Assembly (NCBI RefSeq): GCF_009914755.1
Contig: NC_060927.1
Strand: one strand, 5' to 3'
DNA from: the human T2T-CHM13v2.0 reference genome, Homo sapiens
Length of the DNA stretch: 64,000 bases
This document shows positions 41,066-54,100 of this stretch, piece after piece; the first letter of the stretch is position 1, and every line of letters begins with the position of its first letter. Position numbers and translations under genes: made by a program. The notes under the pieces are model-generated. The model searched no databases. It saw only the letters and a program-made list of their open reading frames with translations, and was not told the DNA's origin.

Positions 41066-43907
41066 TTTATTAGTCTGTTCTTACATTGCTAGAAGGAAAT
41101 ACCTGAGACTGGGTAATTTATAAAAAAAGAGGTTCAATTGGCTCATGGTTCTGTAGGCTGTATAGCAAACATGATGTGGGCATATGATTGGTTTCTAGGA
41201 AGGCCTCAGGAAACTTACAATCATGGCAGAAGACAAAAGGAGAGCAGATACCACCCATGGCCAGAGCAAGAAAAAAAGGGAATGAGCCAAGCCAAGTGCT
41301 GCACTTTTAAATAGCCAGACCTTACAAGTATTCACTCACTATCATGAGGACATCACCAAGGAATGGTGCTAAACCATTCATGAGAAATTTACCCCCATGA
41401 TCTAATCACCTCTCACCAGGCCCCACCTCCAACATTGGGGATTACAATTCAACATGGGTGGGAACACAACCCTATATCATTCCACCCCCAGGCCCTTCCA
41501 AATCTCATGTCCTTCTCACATTGTAACATACAACCATGCCTTCCCAACAGTCTCCCAAAGTCTTAACTCACTGCAGCACCAGCTCAAAAGTCTGAAGTGC
41601 AACGTCACATCTGAGACAATGCAAATTCCTGCCACCTACGGGCCTATACAATCAAAAACAAATTATTTAATTCCAAGGTAATGTATTAGTTCATTTTCAT
41701 GCTGCTGTAAAGAACTGCCTGAGACTGGGTAATTTACAAAGAAAAGAAGTATAATTGACTCACAGTCTAGGATGGCCAGGGAGGTCCCAGGAAATTTATA
41801 ATCATGGCAGAAGGCAAAGGGGAAGCAAGGCACCTTCTTCACAAGGCAGCAGGAAGAAGTGCCAAGAAACAGGGGAAGAGCCCTTTATAAAACCATTAGA
41901 TTTCATGAGAACTCACTCACTATCACAAGAACAACATGGGGAAACTACCCCCATGATTCAATTACCTCCACCTGGTCTCTCCCTTAACATGTGAAGATTA
42001 TGGGAGTTATGGGGATTACAATTCAAGATGAGATTTGGGTGGGGACACAGAGCCTAACCATATCAGATACAATGGGGCTACAAGCAATTGGGTAAATATT
42101 CCTGTTCCAAAAGGGAGAAATTGACCAAAAGAAAGGGGCTACAGGCCCCATGCAAATCCAAATCCCAGCAGCACAGTCATTAAATCTCACAGCTCCAAAG
42201 TAATCTCCTTTGACTCCATGTCCCACAACCAGAGTACACTGGTGTGAGGGGTGGGGTCCCAAGGCCTTGGGCAGCTCTGCCCCTGTGTCTTTGCAGGGTA
42301 CAGCCTATGCAGCTCTTCTCATAGGCTGGCATTGTGTGTCTGTGGCTTTTGAGGTATAGGGTCAAGCTGTCAGTGAATCTACCACTCTGAGATCTTGAGG
42401 ATTGTGGCCCTCTTCTCACAGCTCAAATAGGCAGTGTCCCAGTGGGGACTTTAACCTCACATTTCCCCTCTGCCCTAGTTGAGGTTCTCCATGAGGGCAG
42501 CGCACATGCAGCAGACTTCTGCCTGGACATACAGGCTTTTCCATACATCCTCTGATATCTAGGCAGAGGCCCCAAGCATAAACTCTTGCAATCTGTGCAC
42601 CCACAGGCCCAACACCACGTGGAAACAACCAAAGATTATAAGTTGCACTCTCCAAAGCAGCTGCCCAAGCTCTACCTGGGCCCCTTTGAGATAAGGCTGG
42701 AGCTGGAGTGGCCAGGATGCAGGGAGCAGTGTCCTGAAACTGTGCAGGACAGCAGGGTCCTGTGCCTGTTACACAAAACCATTCTTCCCTCCTAGGCCTT
42801 AGGACCTGTGATGAAAGGAACTGCAGCAAAATTCCCTGAAATTCCTTCAAAGTCTTTTTCCCATTGTCTTGGCTATCAGTACTTGCCTCCTTTTTGTTTA
42901 TGCAAATTTCTCTAGCAAGTGGTTGCCGAGCAGCCCACTTGAATTCTTCTCCTGAAAATGGAATTTTGTTTTCTACTACATGGCTAGGCTGCAAATTTTC
43001 CAAACTCTTATGCCCTGCTTCCCTTTTAAATAAAATTTCCAACTTATTTATTTGCTTCCACATCTGAGCATAGGTTGTTAGAAGCAGCCACATGGCATCT
43101 TGAACACTTTGCTGCTTAGAAATTTCTTCTGCCAGATATCCTAGGTCATCACTCTCAAGTTCAAAATTCCACATATTAATAGGGCATGGACACAATCTAG
43201 CCAAACTCTGGGCTAAGGTATAGCACATGTGACCTTTGCTTCAGTTCCCAGTGAGTTCCTCATTACCATCTGAGACCTTGTCAGCCTGGCCTTCACTATC
43301 CATATCACTATGAGAATTTTGGTCACAACCATTTTTTTACCAGTCTCTAAGAAGTTCCCAACTTTCCCTCATTTTCCTGACTTATTTTGAGTCCTCCAAA
43401 CCCTTCCAATCTCTGCCTGTTTCAAAGCTGCTTCTTCATTTTCAGGTATCTTTATAACAATGCCCCATTCTTCAGTATCAATGTTCTGTTTGCATTCTCA
43501 CATTGCTATAAAGAAATACATGAGGCTGGGTAATTTCTAAAGAAAAGAGGTTTAATTGGCTCACAGTTCTGCAGGCTGTACAGGAAGCATGATGCTGGCA
43601 TCTGCTCAGCTTCTGGGGAGGCTTCAGGAAACTTACAATCATTGTGGAAGCCAAAGGAAGAGCAGGTGTATCACATGGCCAGAGTAGGAACAAAAGGGAG
43701 CAAGCAAGGTGTCACACACTTTTAAACAACCAGATTTCATGAAAACTCACTCACTATTGTGAGGACAGCACCAACGGAATGGCGCTAAAGCAGTCATGAG
43801 AAATCAACCCACATGATCCAATCACCTCTCACCATGACCCACCTCCAACAATGGCGATTACAATTCAACATGAGATCTGGATGAAGACACACATGCAAAC
43901 TATATCA
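41066..43907 (-). mobile_element. Two-LTR MST-type MaLR with internal region
   Basis: LTRs at about 41066-41479 and 43487-43907; MaLR internal ORF remnant (WNFELESDDLGYLAEEISKQQSVQ) at 42416-43228. Confidence 0.9.
41682..42065 (-). mobile_element. THE1/MSTA-type solo LTR nested in the MST internal region
   Basis: tgtattagttcattttcatgctgct...gggtggggacacagagcctaaccatatca. Confidence 0.88.
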
Positions 43908-44269
43908 ATGGACACAGGACTCTGATCTCTGAGAAACTGTAAACACATGAGGTGAGTCCTATCATTGCTGTCGCTTTCTGAGTGGAAGCTATTCCCAGAT
44001 TTTGGCACAGGGAAGGCAGACCAAAAAAATAGTCCAACAATCTCATGGAATTGAGAAAACATAGACTGGAAGCCAACGTGGCTGCAGTTTTCAGAGTTCA
44101 GAGAAAGAGCTACCCAGAGAGAAGTTTTCATAATCTGAATGGGGTCTCCTTCCTCCAAAGTTCAAATCCTTCCAGTTTCTGTTTTATTTTGATTGCCTTT
44201 AAATAGGCCTGTTTTGAATATTTTCCCCAGAATTTATAATTGTTATCAGCAGGAGGATGAGTCTGATAA

Positions 44270-44695
<426 letters not shown>

Positions 44696-45455
44696 TAACA
44701 TAAACATAATGTGATTTATGTAACCATTTTTTCAAGAAAAATGATTATTTATAAAATTTTACTATTAGAAATAATGTTATAGTAAATATTAAATAAATAA
44801 TATACTATAAATATGACATTTTTTCTTTTCGAACAGTTTTGTACATTTGACTCTCAGAGATGAAATTGCTGTGCCAAAGGGTCTAAACATTTAAAATTTG
44901 TATAGATATTTACAAATAGCCTTTACCAAATTCAACTTTACAGAATATATTGTCCTGTTTCATTTACTCTTCAAGATTAAGTTTAAAATCAACTTACCAA
45001 ACTCAGTTTTAAAATGCTATTAGAATTAAATTCAAAATATTATTTTCTTACTTTATTTATATGTTTTATATTTTTTTAATTTTGTTTTATATTTTTAGCA
45101 CATTTGAATTTTCTTGGTGGTGCTGTTGGTAGTTGATCCTGCTGTTAATACATTTGGCTTTACATTTCTAGCATAAATTGATAAAACATTATTTAGGAAA
45201 GATTTGAAAAACACAAAAGAAAAAATTTTCTTTTTCTTAAAATCTCAGGACATTTTATTTTAATCTTTTTTCGTATGCAAAATTTTTGGTTTTAAATAAT
45301 TTGATCATACTTTATATAAACTATTATACTTTTCTATTTAATGCAATTTGAGAGGCATTTTCTTTCTTGTTAAACATTCATGTTCTTTTCAGTTTTATTT
45401 ACTTTAAACACCTCTGCAGTGATTTTGTACTTCTAGCTTCCTTTGGAAGTAGAAT

Positions 45456-46084
45456 TGTTAGGGAAACAAGAACCTAGGAGAGCCAGAATAAGGCCATTTT
45501 AAGTTCAGCTCCATCTTGAGACAAATCAGGCACATTCCTTTAGTCACAACCCATGGTCATAAGATGTTTATAGCTGAGAAAACAGCCTAAGTATACCTAC
45601 AAGGACACACTCTTACATCAACAGAATCCAGATATCCAAATACCCATTACAATATGTTTATTTTATATAATTTGTTATGTTTTGATGTACTCACACAGTA
45701 CAATGTCAAGGACAGTATTCTTTAAATCAATAGAACAATAAATTTTCTCATGTTGTCAGCTCACCTGCACATAGTCACAGCTTAGTCTTTACATAGACAA
45801 GACTCTATATAAGAAAAACTTAAAACAAAGATAGTGCATTTCTTCCCTTGCTTTCTGAGGACACTCTACTCTGTAATGATGTAGCTAGCTTTCACTAAAT
45901 GGTCTCTTCTCACTGAGAGGCACTCCTCTGCTTGCTTTCTGAGGATGCCCTACTCCGTAACAGAATACTTTTCAATAAGCTTGCTTCTTTCACTGCACTT
46001 TGCAACTTTCCTTGCATTCCTTCCTGCAGGAGATCCAAGAACCCTCTTTGGGGGTCTGGACTGAGACTCTTTTTTCTGGTAACA
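45456..46084 (+). mobile_element. ERV1-class solo LTR (MER4 group)
   Basis: tgtta...taaca termini; perfect 4-bp TSD gaat; internal duplication of cttgctttctgagga...tcttcac. Confidence 0.85.
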
Positions 46085-46909
46085 GAATTATCTGGTCAAA
46101 TATACACATTTAATAAATATAGCTGAATTGCTTTCCAAAATGTTTTGATACTTTACATTCACATTATTGAGTGTATGTTTCTTTATACCTATGAAAATAC
46201 TTTTTAAAAAACTCTGCTAATTTCATGGACAAAATAAATGGTTTCTCATTTTTTTCAATTTAGTTATTGAGCTAAATTTAATTTCTATTTAATTAAATTG
46301 AACAAATTTCAATTTAGGTCTTGAGCTAAATTTAAATTTTTAATTTAGTTACTAGCTCACTAACTATAAAATTGGACATTGTTTTATAGGTTTATTAATC
46401 AATTAATTTTCTTCTATTGAAAATTATTAGTGTCTTTCATTTCCTTTTGGTCCTAACCACCACTATTCCCATCTACTAACATCCTGATAACTGTTTCTAA
46501 TTAAGTAATGGCTTTGTGAAATTATTTAGGCTTTCTTAATTTCTGCAATTATTCTGGTTATCTATCAATGTCTATCTAATATCTTTGCCTCTCATTCTAT
46601 TGACTTCCTTTCTTCCATAGACTTCTACTTCCACTTCATTTTTCTCAGCCTCTCCTACCTCAGCCATCATTACAAATAGTCTGAAGACTTAAATTTCCAA
46701 CACCTGTCTGACCTTTTCTCACGATCCCAGCTCTCCTACTTCATTATTACCGTAATACCTTGTCTTTACCTAATTGCCAAGTACTTAAGAAATATCAACC
46801 TCTCTCTGCCAAAAGCTATATATAATTTGTCTATAAAACACCTTTTCAGAGCTACATCGATTTCATGAAATACTTTGATAATCCTTCAGATTAGGCCCTT
46901 ATCTCTTGT

Positions 46910-47118
46910 CATATATATATGATAATATATATATATAAAACCAACAACATATATATATGATATGTATATATGTATATATGATATGTATATGTATATGTAT
47001 ATATGTATATATGATATGTATATATGTATATATGACATGTATATGTATATATGTATTTATGATATGTATATATATTGGTTATATATGTCTGTGTGTGTCT
47101 GTGTGCATTTGTGTGTAT
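46910..47118. repeat. (AT)n/(ATATGT)n/(TG)n compound microsatellite
   Basis: Direct inspection. Confidence 0.95.
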
Positions 47119-48208
47119 AAATTCTAAAAACAAACAGCTCAATTCACCAATTCTGCTTCTCTCTGACTAAACTTTGCTTAATGAGCACTGATGATGATTT
47201 GCACCATTACAAATTCCAGGTCTTTTGCCTCCACTGAGACTTCAATGTGCCTCAGAAATCCTGTGTATTTCTTCTGGTTACTTTCTCTTTGTCTTACTCT
47301 AATTCTCAACAATTACTAACAGAAACTTTCTTTATTTTCTCTAAACTACCAAGATACCTCTTCCGACATCGCTTTCAGAACGTGATCTCAATCATCACTT
47401 CCCCAAACCTTCCTCAGCCTCCCACCATGCTACTTTCATTTTACACTCCTTCGTTCTTTCTTCCTTCTTCCCTGACACAATTAGTAAGGGGTTGTCTCTC
47501 TTAACTGAATGGAAAATGGCTTCTATCTTTGTGTTTATCTCTCTCTGCTCCACCAAAATCACTCTAGTTCTCACGTCTTCTCCCATGATCAAGTTTCTTG
47601 TCAGCATTTAATTTTACTTAGGTTACTCCATGTTAAGGAGAGACAGAGGAAAGAGAGTGGGAAGGAAGGAAAGAAGAAAAGAAGGGTGTCAGAGAGGGTG
47701 AGAGGAGAAAGAAACTTCATTTGGGATGCCACTAGTTAATATGCCTGGCAGATAAGAGGTTATGATAAACATTTATGAAATAAATATTGAAGAGCATTAT
47801 GTTTCAGTGTGATAAACCTTGACTTACGAGCTTCATGATGTCAAAGAAGAAAACAGTATGATCTTTCAAGAACTGTAAATGTGAATGCAAATAATGCCTT
47901 AAAGGACATACTTGACATGAATCATCCACCTGTTCTTTGCTTGTTTGTTTGTTTGTTTTTTGACAGCAAAGATCAGAGAAAAACCACAAAATGGAATGGA
48001 CATACATTTTTCCTAATCATATATTGTCATTAAAAAAAGTTTATCTCTTTCAACAGAGGTAGAAAATTTACAAAGGAACAGAGAGCTCCGTTAGTTGAAT
48101 TCCAAAGAATTCCAATATATAAATTTGTTTTACTTTCTTGTTACCTTAAAAACATACAGTTTATATTTCATTTTGTTCAGATTTCATTGGGTTAGTTTTG
48201 TTTTAGTA

Positions 48209-48347
48209 TTTTTTTTTTTTTTTTTTTTTAGAGACATGGGTCTCACTGTGTTACCCAGGTTTGTCTCAAGCTCATGAATTTAAGCAATCCTCGCCTCTCA
48301 GTCTCCCAAAGTGCTAGGATTATAGGCATGAGCTACTACACCTGGCC
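48209..48347 (-). mobile_element. Alu monomer (FLAM-like)
   Basis: Antisense left arm only, with poly(T); TSD cattgggttagttt / cactaggttacttt. Confidence 0.88.
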
Positions 48348-48530
48348 CACTAGGTTACTTTAGAATGCAAATGTTGTATTTCACAATCCTAAAAATCTTT
48401 CAATATGTGACAACTTTAAGTGTAGTGATTTGCAGTACAAAAATTGTCATTAGCGCACATCACAATAGCATTTCTTCTGTTAATCTTGTCTAATTACTTG
48501 GTTTTATCTATTACTTATGAACTTCCCAAA

Positions 48531-50562
48531 TGTGATGGTTAATACTGAGTGTCAACTTGATTGGATTGAAGGATGAAAAGTATTGATCCTGGGTGTGTCT
48601 GTGAGGGTGTTGCCAAAGGAGATTAACGTTTGAGTCAGTGGGCTGGGGAAGGTAGACCTACTTTTAATCGTGTGGGCACCATATAATCAGTTGTTGGTGC
48701 AGCTAGAATATAAAGCAAGCAGAAAAATGTGAAAATACTAGACTGGCTTAGCCTCCCAGCCTACATCTTTCTCCCAGCCTACATCTTTCTCCTGTGCTGG
48801 ATGCTTCCTGCCCTTGAACATCTGACTCCAAGTTCTTCCGTTTTAGGACTCAGACTGGCTTTCCTTGCTCCTCAGCTTGCAGGCAGTCTATTGTGGGACC
48901 TTGTGATTGTCTGAGTTAATACTTAATAAACTCCCCTTTATATATATATACCCTTACTGTCCTACCTCAGGGGTATATCAATTCTCTGGCTTTGTGTCAT
49001 AATCTTATTCAGAGAGACCTTGATTGCTTTTTGCCTCTGCAAGATATCACACTGGTGCATTACATTGATGACATTATGATGATGGCATCCAGTGAGCAAG
49101 AAGTAGCAAACACACTGGACTTATTGGTGAGACATTTGCATGCCAGAGGATGAGAAATAAATCTGACTGAAACTCTGGGATCTTCTCCCTCAGTAAAATT
49201 TCTAGGGGTCCAGTGGTGTGGGGCTTATCAAGATATTCTTTCTAAGGTGAAGGATAAGTTGCTGCATTTGGTCCTTCCCACAACCAAGAAAGAGGCCCTA
49301 GTGGGCCTATTTGGATTTTGGAGACAACACATTCCTCATTGGAGTGTGTTACTCCAGCCCATCTATCTAGTAACCCAAAAGGCTGCCAGTTTTGAGTGTG
49401 GTCCAGAACAGGAGAAGGCTCAGCAACAGGTCCAGGCTGCTGTGCAAGCTGCTCTGCCACTTGAGCCACATGACCCAGCAGATCCAGCGGTGCTTGAGAT
49501 GTCAGTGGCAGATAGGGATTCTTTTGGAGCCTTTGGCAGGCCCCCATAGGAGAATCACAGTAAAGGCCTCCACAATGGAGGTAGGGAAGAGTATGCATGG
49601 AATACAGGGGATCCATTAGGGTGTCTCTTAGTATTATCATGCCATGTGATTAAGGTAAATGGGAAACTACAACAGCCCAATCCAGGCAGAACTACAAATG
49701 ACCCAGACCCTTCATGAATGAAGGTTTGGGTCACTCCACCAGGAGAAAAACCATGACCTGCTGAGGTGCTTGCTGAAGGCGAAGGGAATACAGAATGGAT
49801 AGTAGAAGAAGGTAGTCATCAATACCAGCTATAATCACATGACCAGCTGCAGAAATGAGGACTGTAATTGTCATGAGTATTTCCTCCTTCTTTTGTTAAA
49901 AACATGTTTGTACATGCATACACTTGGACTAAGAAAATATATTTTATTTCCTTTTTCCTTTGTCATGTTAATAAGATTATTGACTTCATATCAGCATTTA
50001 AGTATTATTAACTTTATGTAATAACATTTGGGTTGGGGATTGGTGCGTTTCTGGTTGTATGAAGGATAGTTGTGTTATGTTGCCATAATTATGACATTAT
50101 TGCCTTTACTTAAAGATTATGTATGATCTCAGGAGATGTGTATGGGTTCAAGTTGATAAGGAGTGGACTTGGGATGGTTAATACTGAGTGTCAACTTGGT
50201 TGGATTGAAGGATGCAAAGTACTGATTCTGGGTGTGTCTGTGAAGGTGTTGCCAAAGGAGATTAACATTTGAGTCAGTGGGCTGGGGAAGGTAGACCCAC
50301 CCTTAATCTGTGTGGGCACCATCTAATCAGCTGCCAGCACAGCTAGAATATAAAGCAGGCAGAAAAATGTGAAAAGACTAGACTGGCCTAGCTGTCAGCC
50401 TACATCTTTGTCCTGTGCTGGATGCTTCCTGTCCTCAAACATTGGACTCCAAGTTCTTCAGTTTTGAGACTCGAACTGGCTTTACTTGCTCCTCAGCTTG
50501 CAGATGGCCTGTTGTGTGACCTTGTGATTGGCGTGAGTTGATACTTACTAAACTCCCCTTTA

Positions 50563-50605
<43 letters not shown>

Positions 50606-50648
50606 CATCCTATTAGTTCTGTCCCTCTAAAGAACCCTGACTCATACA
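48531..50648 (+). mobile_element. Internally deleted HERV-L provirus (MLT2A LTRs plus pol fragment)
   Basis: LTRs at 48531-~48950 (3'-truncated) and 50170-50648; RT motifs [10 protein letters not shown] and [12 protein letters not shown] at about 48955-49078; PPT before the 3' LTR; 5-bp TSD ccaaa. Confidence 0.93.
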
Positions 50649-50658
50649 CCAAATTCTG

Positions 50659-50790
50659 GGCTGGGTGCAGTGGCTCACACCTGTAATCCTAGCACTTTGG
50701 GAAGCCAAGGCAGGTGGATTGCTTGAGACTAGGAGTTTGAGACCAGCCTGGGCAACATAGCAAAACCCTGTCTCTATAAATGTAAAAAGA
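50659..50790 (+). mobile_element. Alu monomer (FLAM_C-like)
   Basis: Left arm only; TSD ttcccaaattct, with the 5' copy split by HERV-L. Confidence 0.88.
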
Positions 50791-51039
50791 TTTAAAATTC
50801 CCAAATTCTTTATGTGTTCAAAGTGAAAAAAAATTAGATTAATTTTAATAGTAGAAACAGAACTATAAACTCATTCTATGTATGGATTCTTATAACACCC
50901 AGACTACCTTTAAGAGTAGATTCCTTAAATTTCAAACATACACTAAGACCTGAAATTTATTATTTCATACACCAGATGTCACTGTCTCTCCATGCTAGTA
51001 AAATGAACCAACAAATTTTGGCAGGTAAAAAAAACAAAA

Positions 51040-51147
51040 AGCCAGCATGATGGTATGCCACTGTAGTCACAGTTATTTGGGAGGCTGAGATAAGAGGATC
51101 ATTTGAGTCCAGCCTGGGCAACATGGCAAGACCCTATCTCTAAAAAA
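51040..51147 (+). mobile_element. Alu monomer fragment (FAM/FRAM-like)
   Basis: ctgtagtcacag...gggaggctgag...ccagcctgggcaacatggcaagaccctatctct. Confidence 0.7.
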
Positions 51148-51199
51148 TATTTTAGAAAAGCCTAATTTACCCTCCATTACCATTTTTAAGTGTATACTG

Positions 51200-51690
51200 A
51201 ATGGAAATGTGTAAATTTGTAAACCAAAAAACAAGACCAAAAATGTTCATAGTGGCAGTACTTGTAATATCCCAAACTGGAAGCTACCCAAATGCCAGCC
51301 AATCAAAAGTAGAATGAATAAATACATTGGGTGTATGTATAGACAGTGGTATACTATGCAGCAAGAAAATGAAAAAAAAAATACAACTACACACAACAAA
51401 TCCCAGAAACATGTTGAGCAGAAGTCACTTACAATACAGTATGTATTTTATGATTCCATGAGTTTTATAAAGTTCAAAAACATGCAAAACTAATATATGG
51501 GTTAGCAGTCAGGTTAGTGATTGTCCTTGGTGGCGGGGGGTTGAGACTAGGATTGGGCAAGAGGAAACTTCTGGGGTACTGGTAGCATTCTGTCTCTTGA
51601 CCGTTTGTTCAGTTTCTAAAAATAAAATGAGCTGTACTTTTATGATTCCTGCTATTTTATTTATATGTGATAAAATTAAATGTTCAATTA
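51200..51690 (+). mobile_element. L1ME/MB 3'-end fragment
   Basis: aatgttcatagtggcag...tatgattcca...aaaactaatatatgg. Confidence 0.7.
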
Positions 51691-52626
51691 AATCAATTCA
51701 AGTATAAAGAGTTACTTGAAACTATGTTAGTAAACCTACTGAAGATCTACTCAAAATATAATTCAAATTTGATGATTACATGTGTTGGAAATTCCCAAGT
51801 TTTTCCTTCAGTTGATTTCAAATTCCTAAATAGTTTTGTTTGATTCCCATGGCTGCTCCCTTTTGTGATTCAAGGAAATTTTCTTCATCATGGCTTCTTA
51901 TCTCATCATACTGTGTGTCCAAGGAATGTACTCTTCAATGATGAGCTCAATTCTGCATTATCTCAATTATTTCCTTTCGCTGATTCTTTCCCCTTAGCAT
52001 ATAAACATGTCTACATTTTGCCATCTTCAAAAACAAAATATACTTCTCTGCTTCTTAGCTCTCACTAGCTAGTATGCTATTATTTTTCCACTTTTCACAG
52101 CCCGGCTTGCTTGGCTCCATATCTTCATCTCCCAACAACATCTCCCATGGCAACACATAACTCCATGAAAATTGTGCTCCCTAAAGTCACAGGAAGCCTC
52201 TATACAGTAATTCGCCTTTGTGTTATTCCTTGGAACATTTCAACTTTTAATAACTATTTCTTGGGGGGAGCTGAGGTGTATGAAACAAAAGTCCTAACCT
52301 AATGTGTAATGGTAAAAGGAAATCAGTCCAATACAGTAACTTTAGTCCTATATAATAATTTAAACAATATCATTAGGTCTCATTTTTTATAGGTAAAATT
52401 TCTAGCTTCTCAGACATTTGTTACCATTCCAAATACCTCTCCAAGACAATGTCTATGTACAAAGTACAGTGTTTCTTATTGTTTCTTCTTCGTAGTGAGG
52501 GAAAATGGTGATCAGAGATTTATTAATCCACATTATATACTTGTGCTATTTTAGCACTTTTCTCTTCTCTTGATGATATATCTTTTCTATCTAATTACTA
52601 CTGCTCTTAATGGCATTCGTGGATAA

Positions 52627-52795
52627 AATCAGTGGTTTTTCATGAAAGCAGTACTGCCATCTAGGGAATGTTTTTGAACTTTGGGGGAAGTGGCAGAGGA
52701 AGTAGTTTGTCCCATAATTTGTAGAAGTTACCAGTATTCATTGGTTCAAAGTCAGGGCTGTAAGGTGTCCTACACAACCAAGAATTGTCCCACAT
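52627..52795. mobile_element. MER20-like DNA transposon fragment
   Basis: cagtggtttttca...cacaaccaagaattgtccc. Confidence 0.5.
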
Positions 52796-52879
52796 TGTTA
52801 GATTTGTGTATATTTATATTTATATTTCATTTATATTTATTTTATGTAAATGAAATCTATATAAGATAATTTATATAAA

Positions 52880-54100
52880 TGTATATTTCTTTGGGCATAT
52901 ACCCAGTAATAGGATTTATATTTCTTTGGATATATACCCAGTAATGGGATTGCTGGGTCAAATGGTATTTCTGTCTCTATATCTTTAAGGAATTGCCACA
53001 CTGTCTTCCACAATGATTGCACTAATTTACACTCCCACCAACAGTGTAAAAGCATTCCTTTTTCTCCACAACCTTGCCAGCATCTGTTGTTTTTTGGCTT
53101 TTTAATAATTGCCATTCTGACTGGTGTCAGATCATATCTCACTGTGGTTTTGATTTTCATTTCTCTAATGATTGGTGATGTTGAGCCTTTTTTTCATGTG
53201 TTTGTTGGCTGCATGTATGTCTTCTTTTGAGATGTGTCTGCTTCTGTCCTTTCCCCACTTTATAACGGGATTGTTTGCTTTTTTCTTGTAAGTTTGCTTA
53301 AGTTTGCTTGTAGATTCTGGGTACTAGAACTTTTTCAGACACATAGATTGCAAAAATTTTCTCCCATTCTATAGTTTGTTCACTGTTGTGATAGTTTCTT
53401 TCACTGTACAGAAGCTCTTTAGTTTAGGATCCCATTTGTCAACTTTTGCTTATGTTGCAATTGCTTTTGGTGTTTTCATCATGAAATCTTAGCCTGTGAC
53501 CATGGCCTCAATAAAATTGCCTAGATTTTCTTCTAGTTTTTTATACTTTTGTTTTTACATTAAACCCTTTAATCCATAATCCATCTTAAGTTGACTTTTG
53601 TATATGGTGTAAGGAAGGGGTCCCATTTCAATTTTCTACATATGGCTAGCCAGTTCTCCCAGCACCATTTATGAAATAGGAAATCCTCTCCCCATTGCTT
53701 GTTTTTGTCAGGTTTGTCAAAGATCAGATGGGTTTAGCTGTGTGATCTTATTTCTGGGTTCCCTATTATGTTCCATTGGTCTATGTATCTATTATTGTAC
53801 CAGTACCATGCTGTTTTGGTTACTATAGCCTTGTAGTATAGTTTGAAGTTATGTAGTGTGATGCTTCCAGGTTTGTTTTTCTTCTTTTTGTTTAAGATCA
53901 TCTTGGCTATTTGAACTCTTTGTTGGTTCCATATGAATTTTAAAGTAGTTTTTTCTAATTCTGTGAAGAGTGTCAATGGTAGTTTAATGAGAATAGCATT
54001 GAATCTATAAAATGCTTTGGGCAGTATGGCCATTTTCACAATATTGATTCTTCCTATCCATGAAAATGGAATGTTTTTCCATTTGTTTATGTCATCTCTG
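52880..54100 (-). mobile_element. L1P ORF2 3' segment (non-inverted part of a 5'-inverted L1)
   Basis: Minus ORFs [21 protein letters not shown]...[16 protein letters not shown] and [20 protein letters not shown]...DQWN. Confidence 0.93.
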
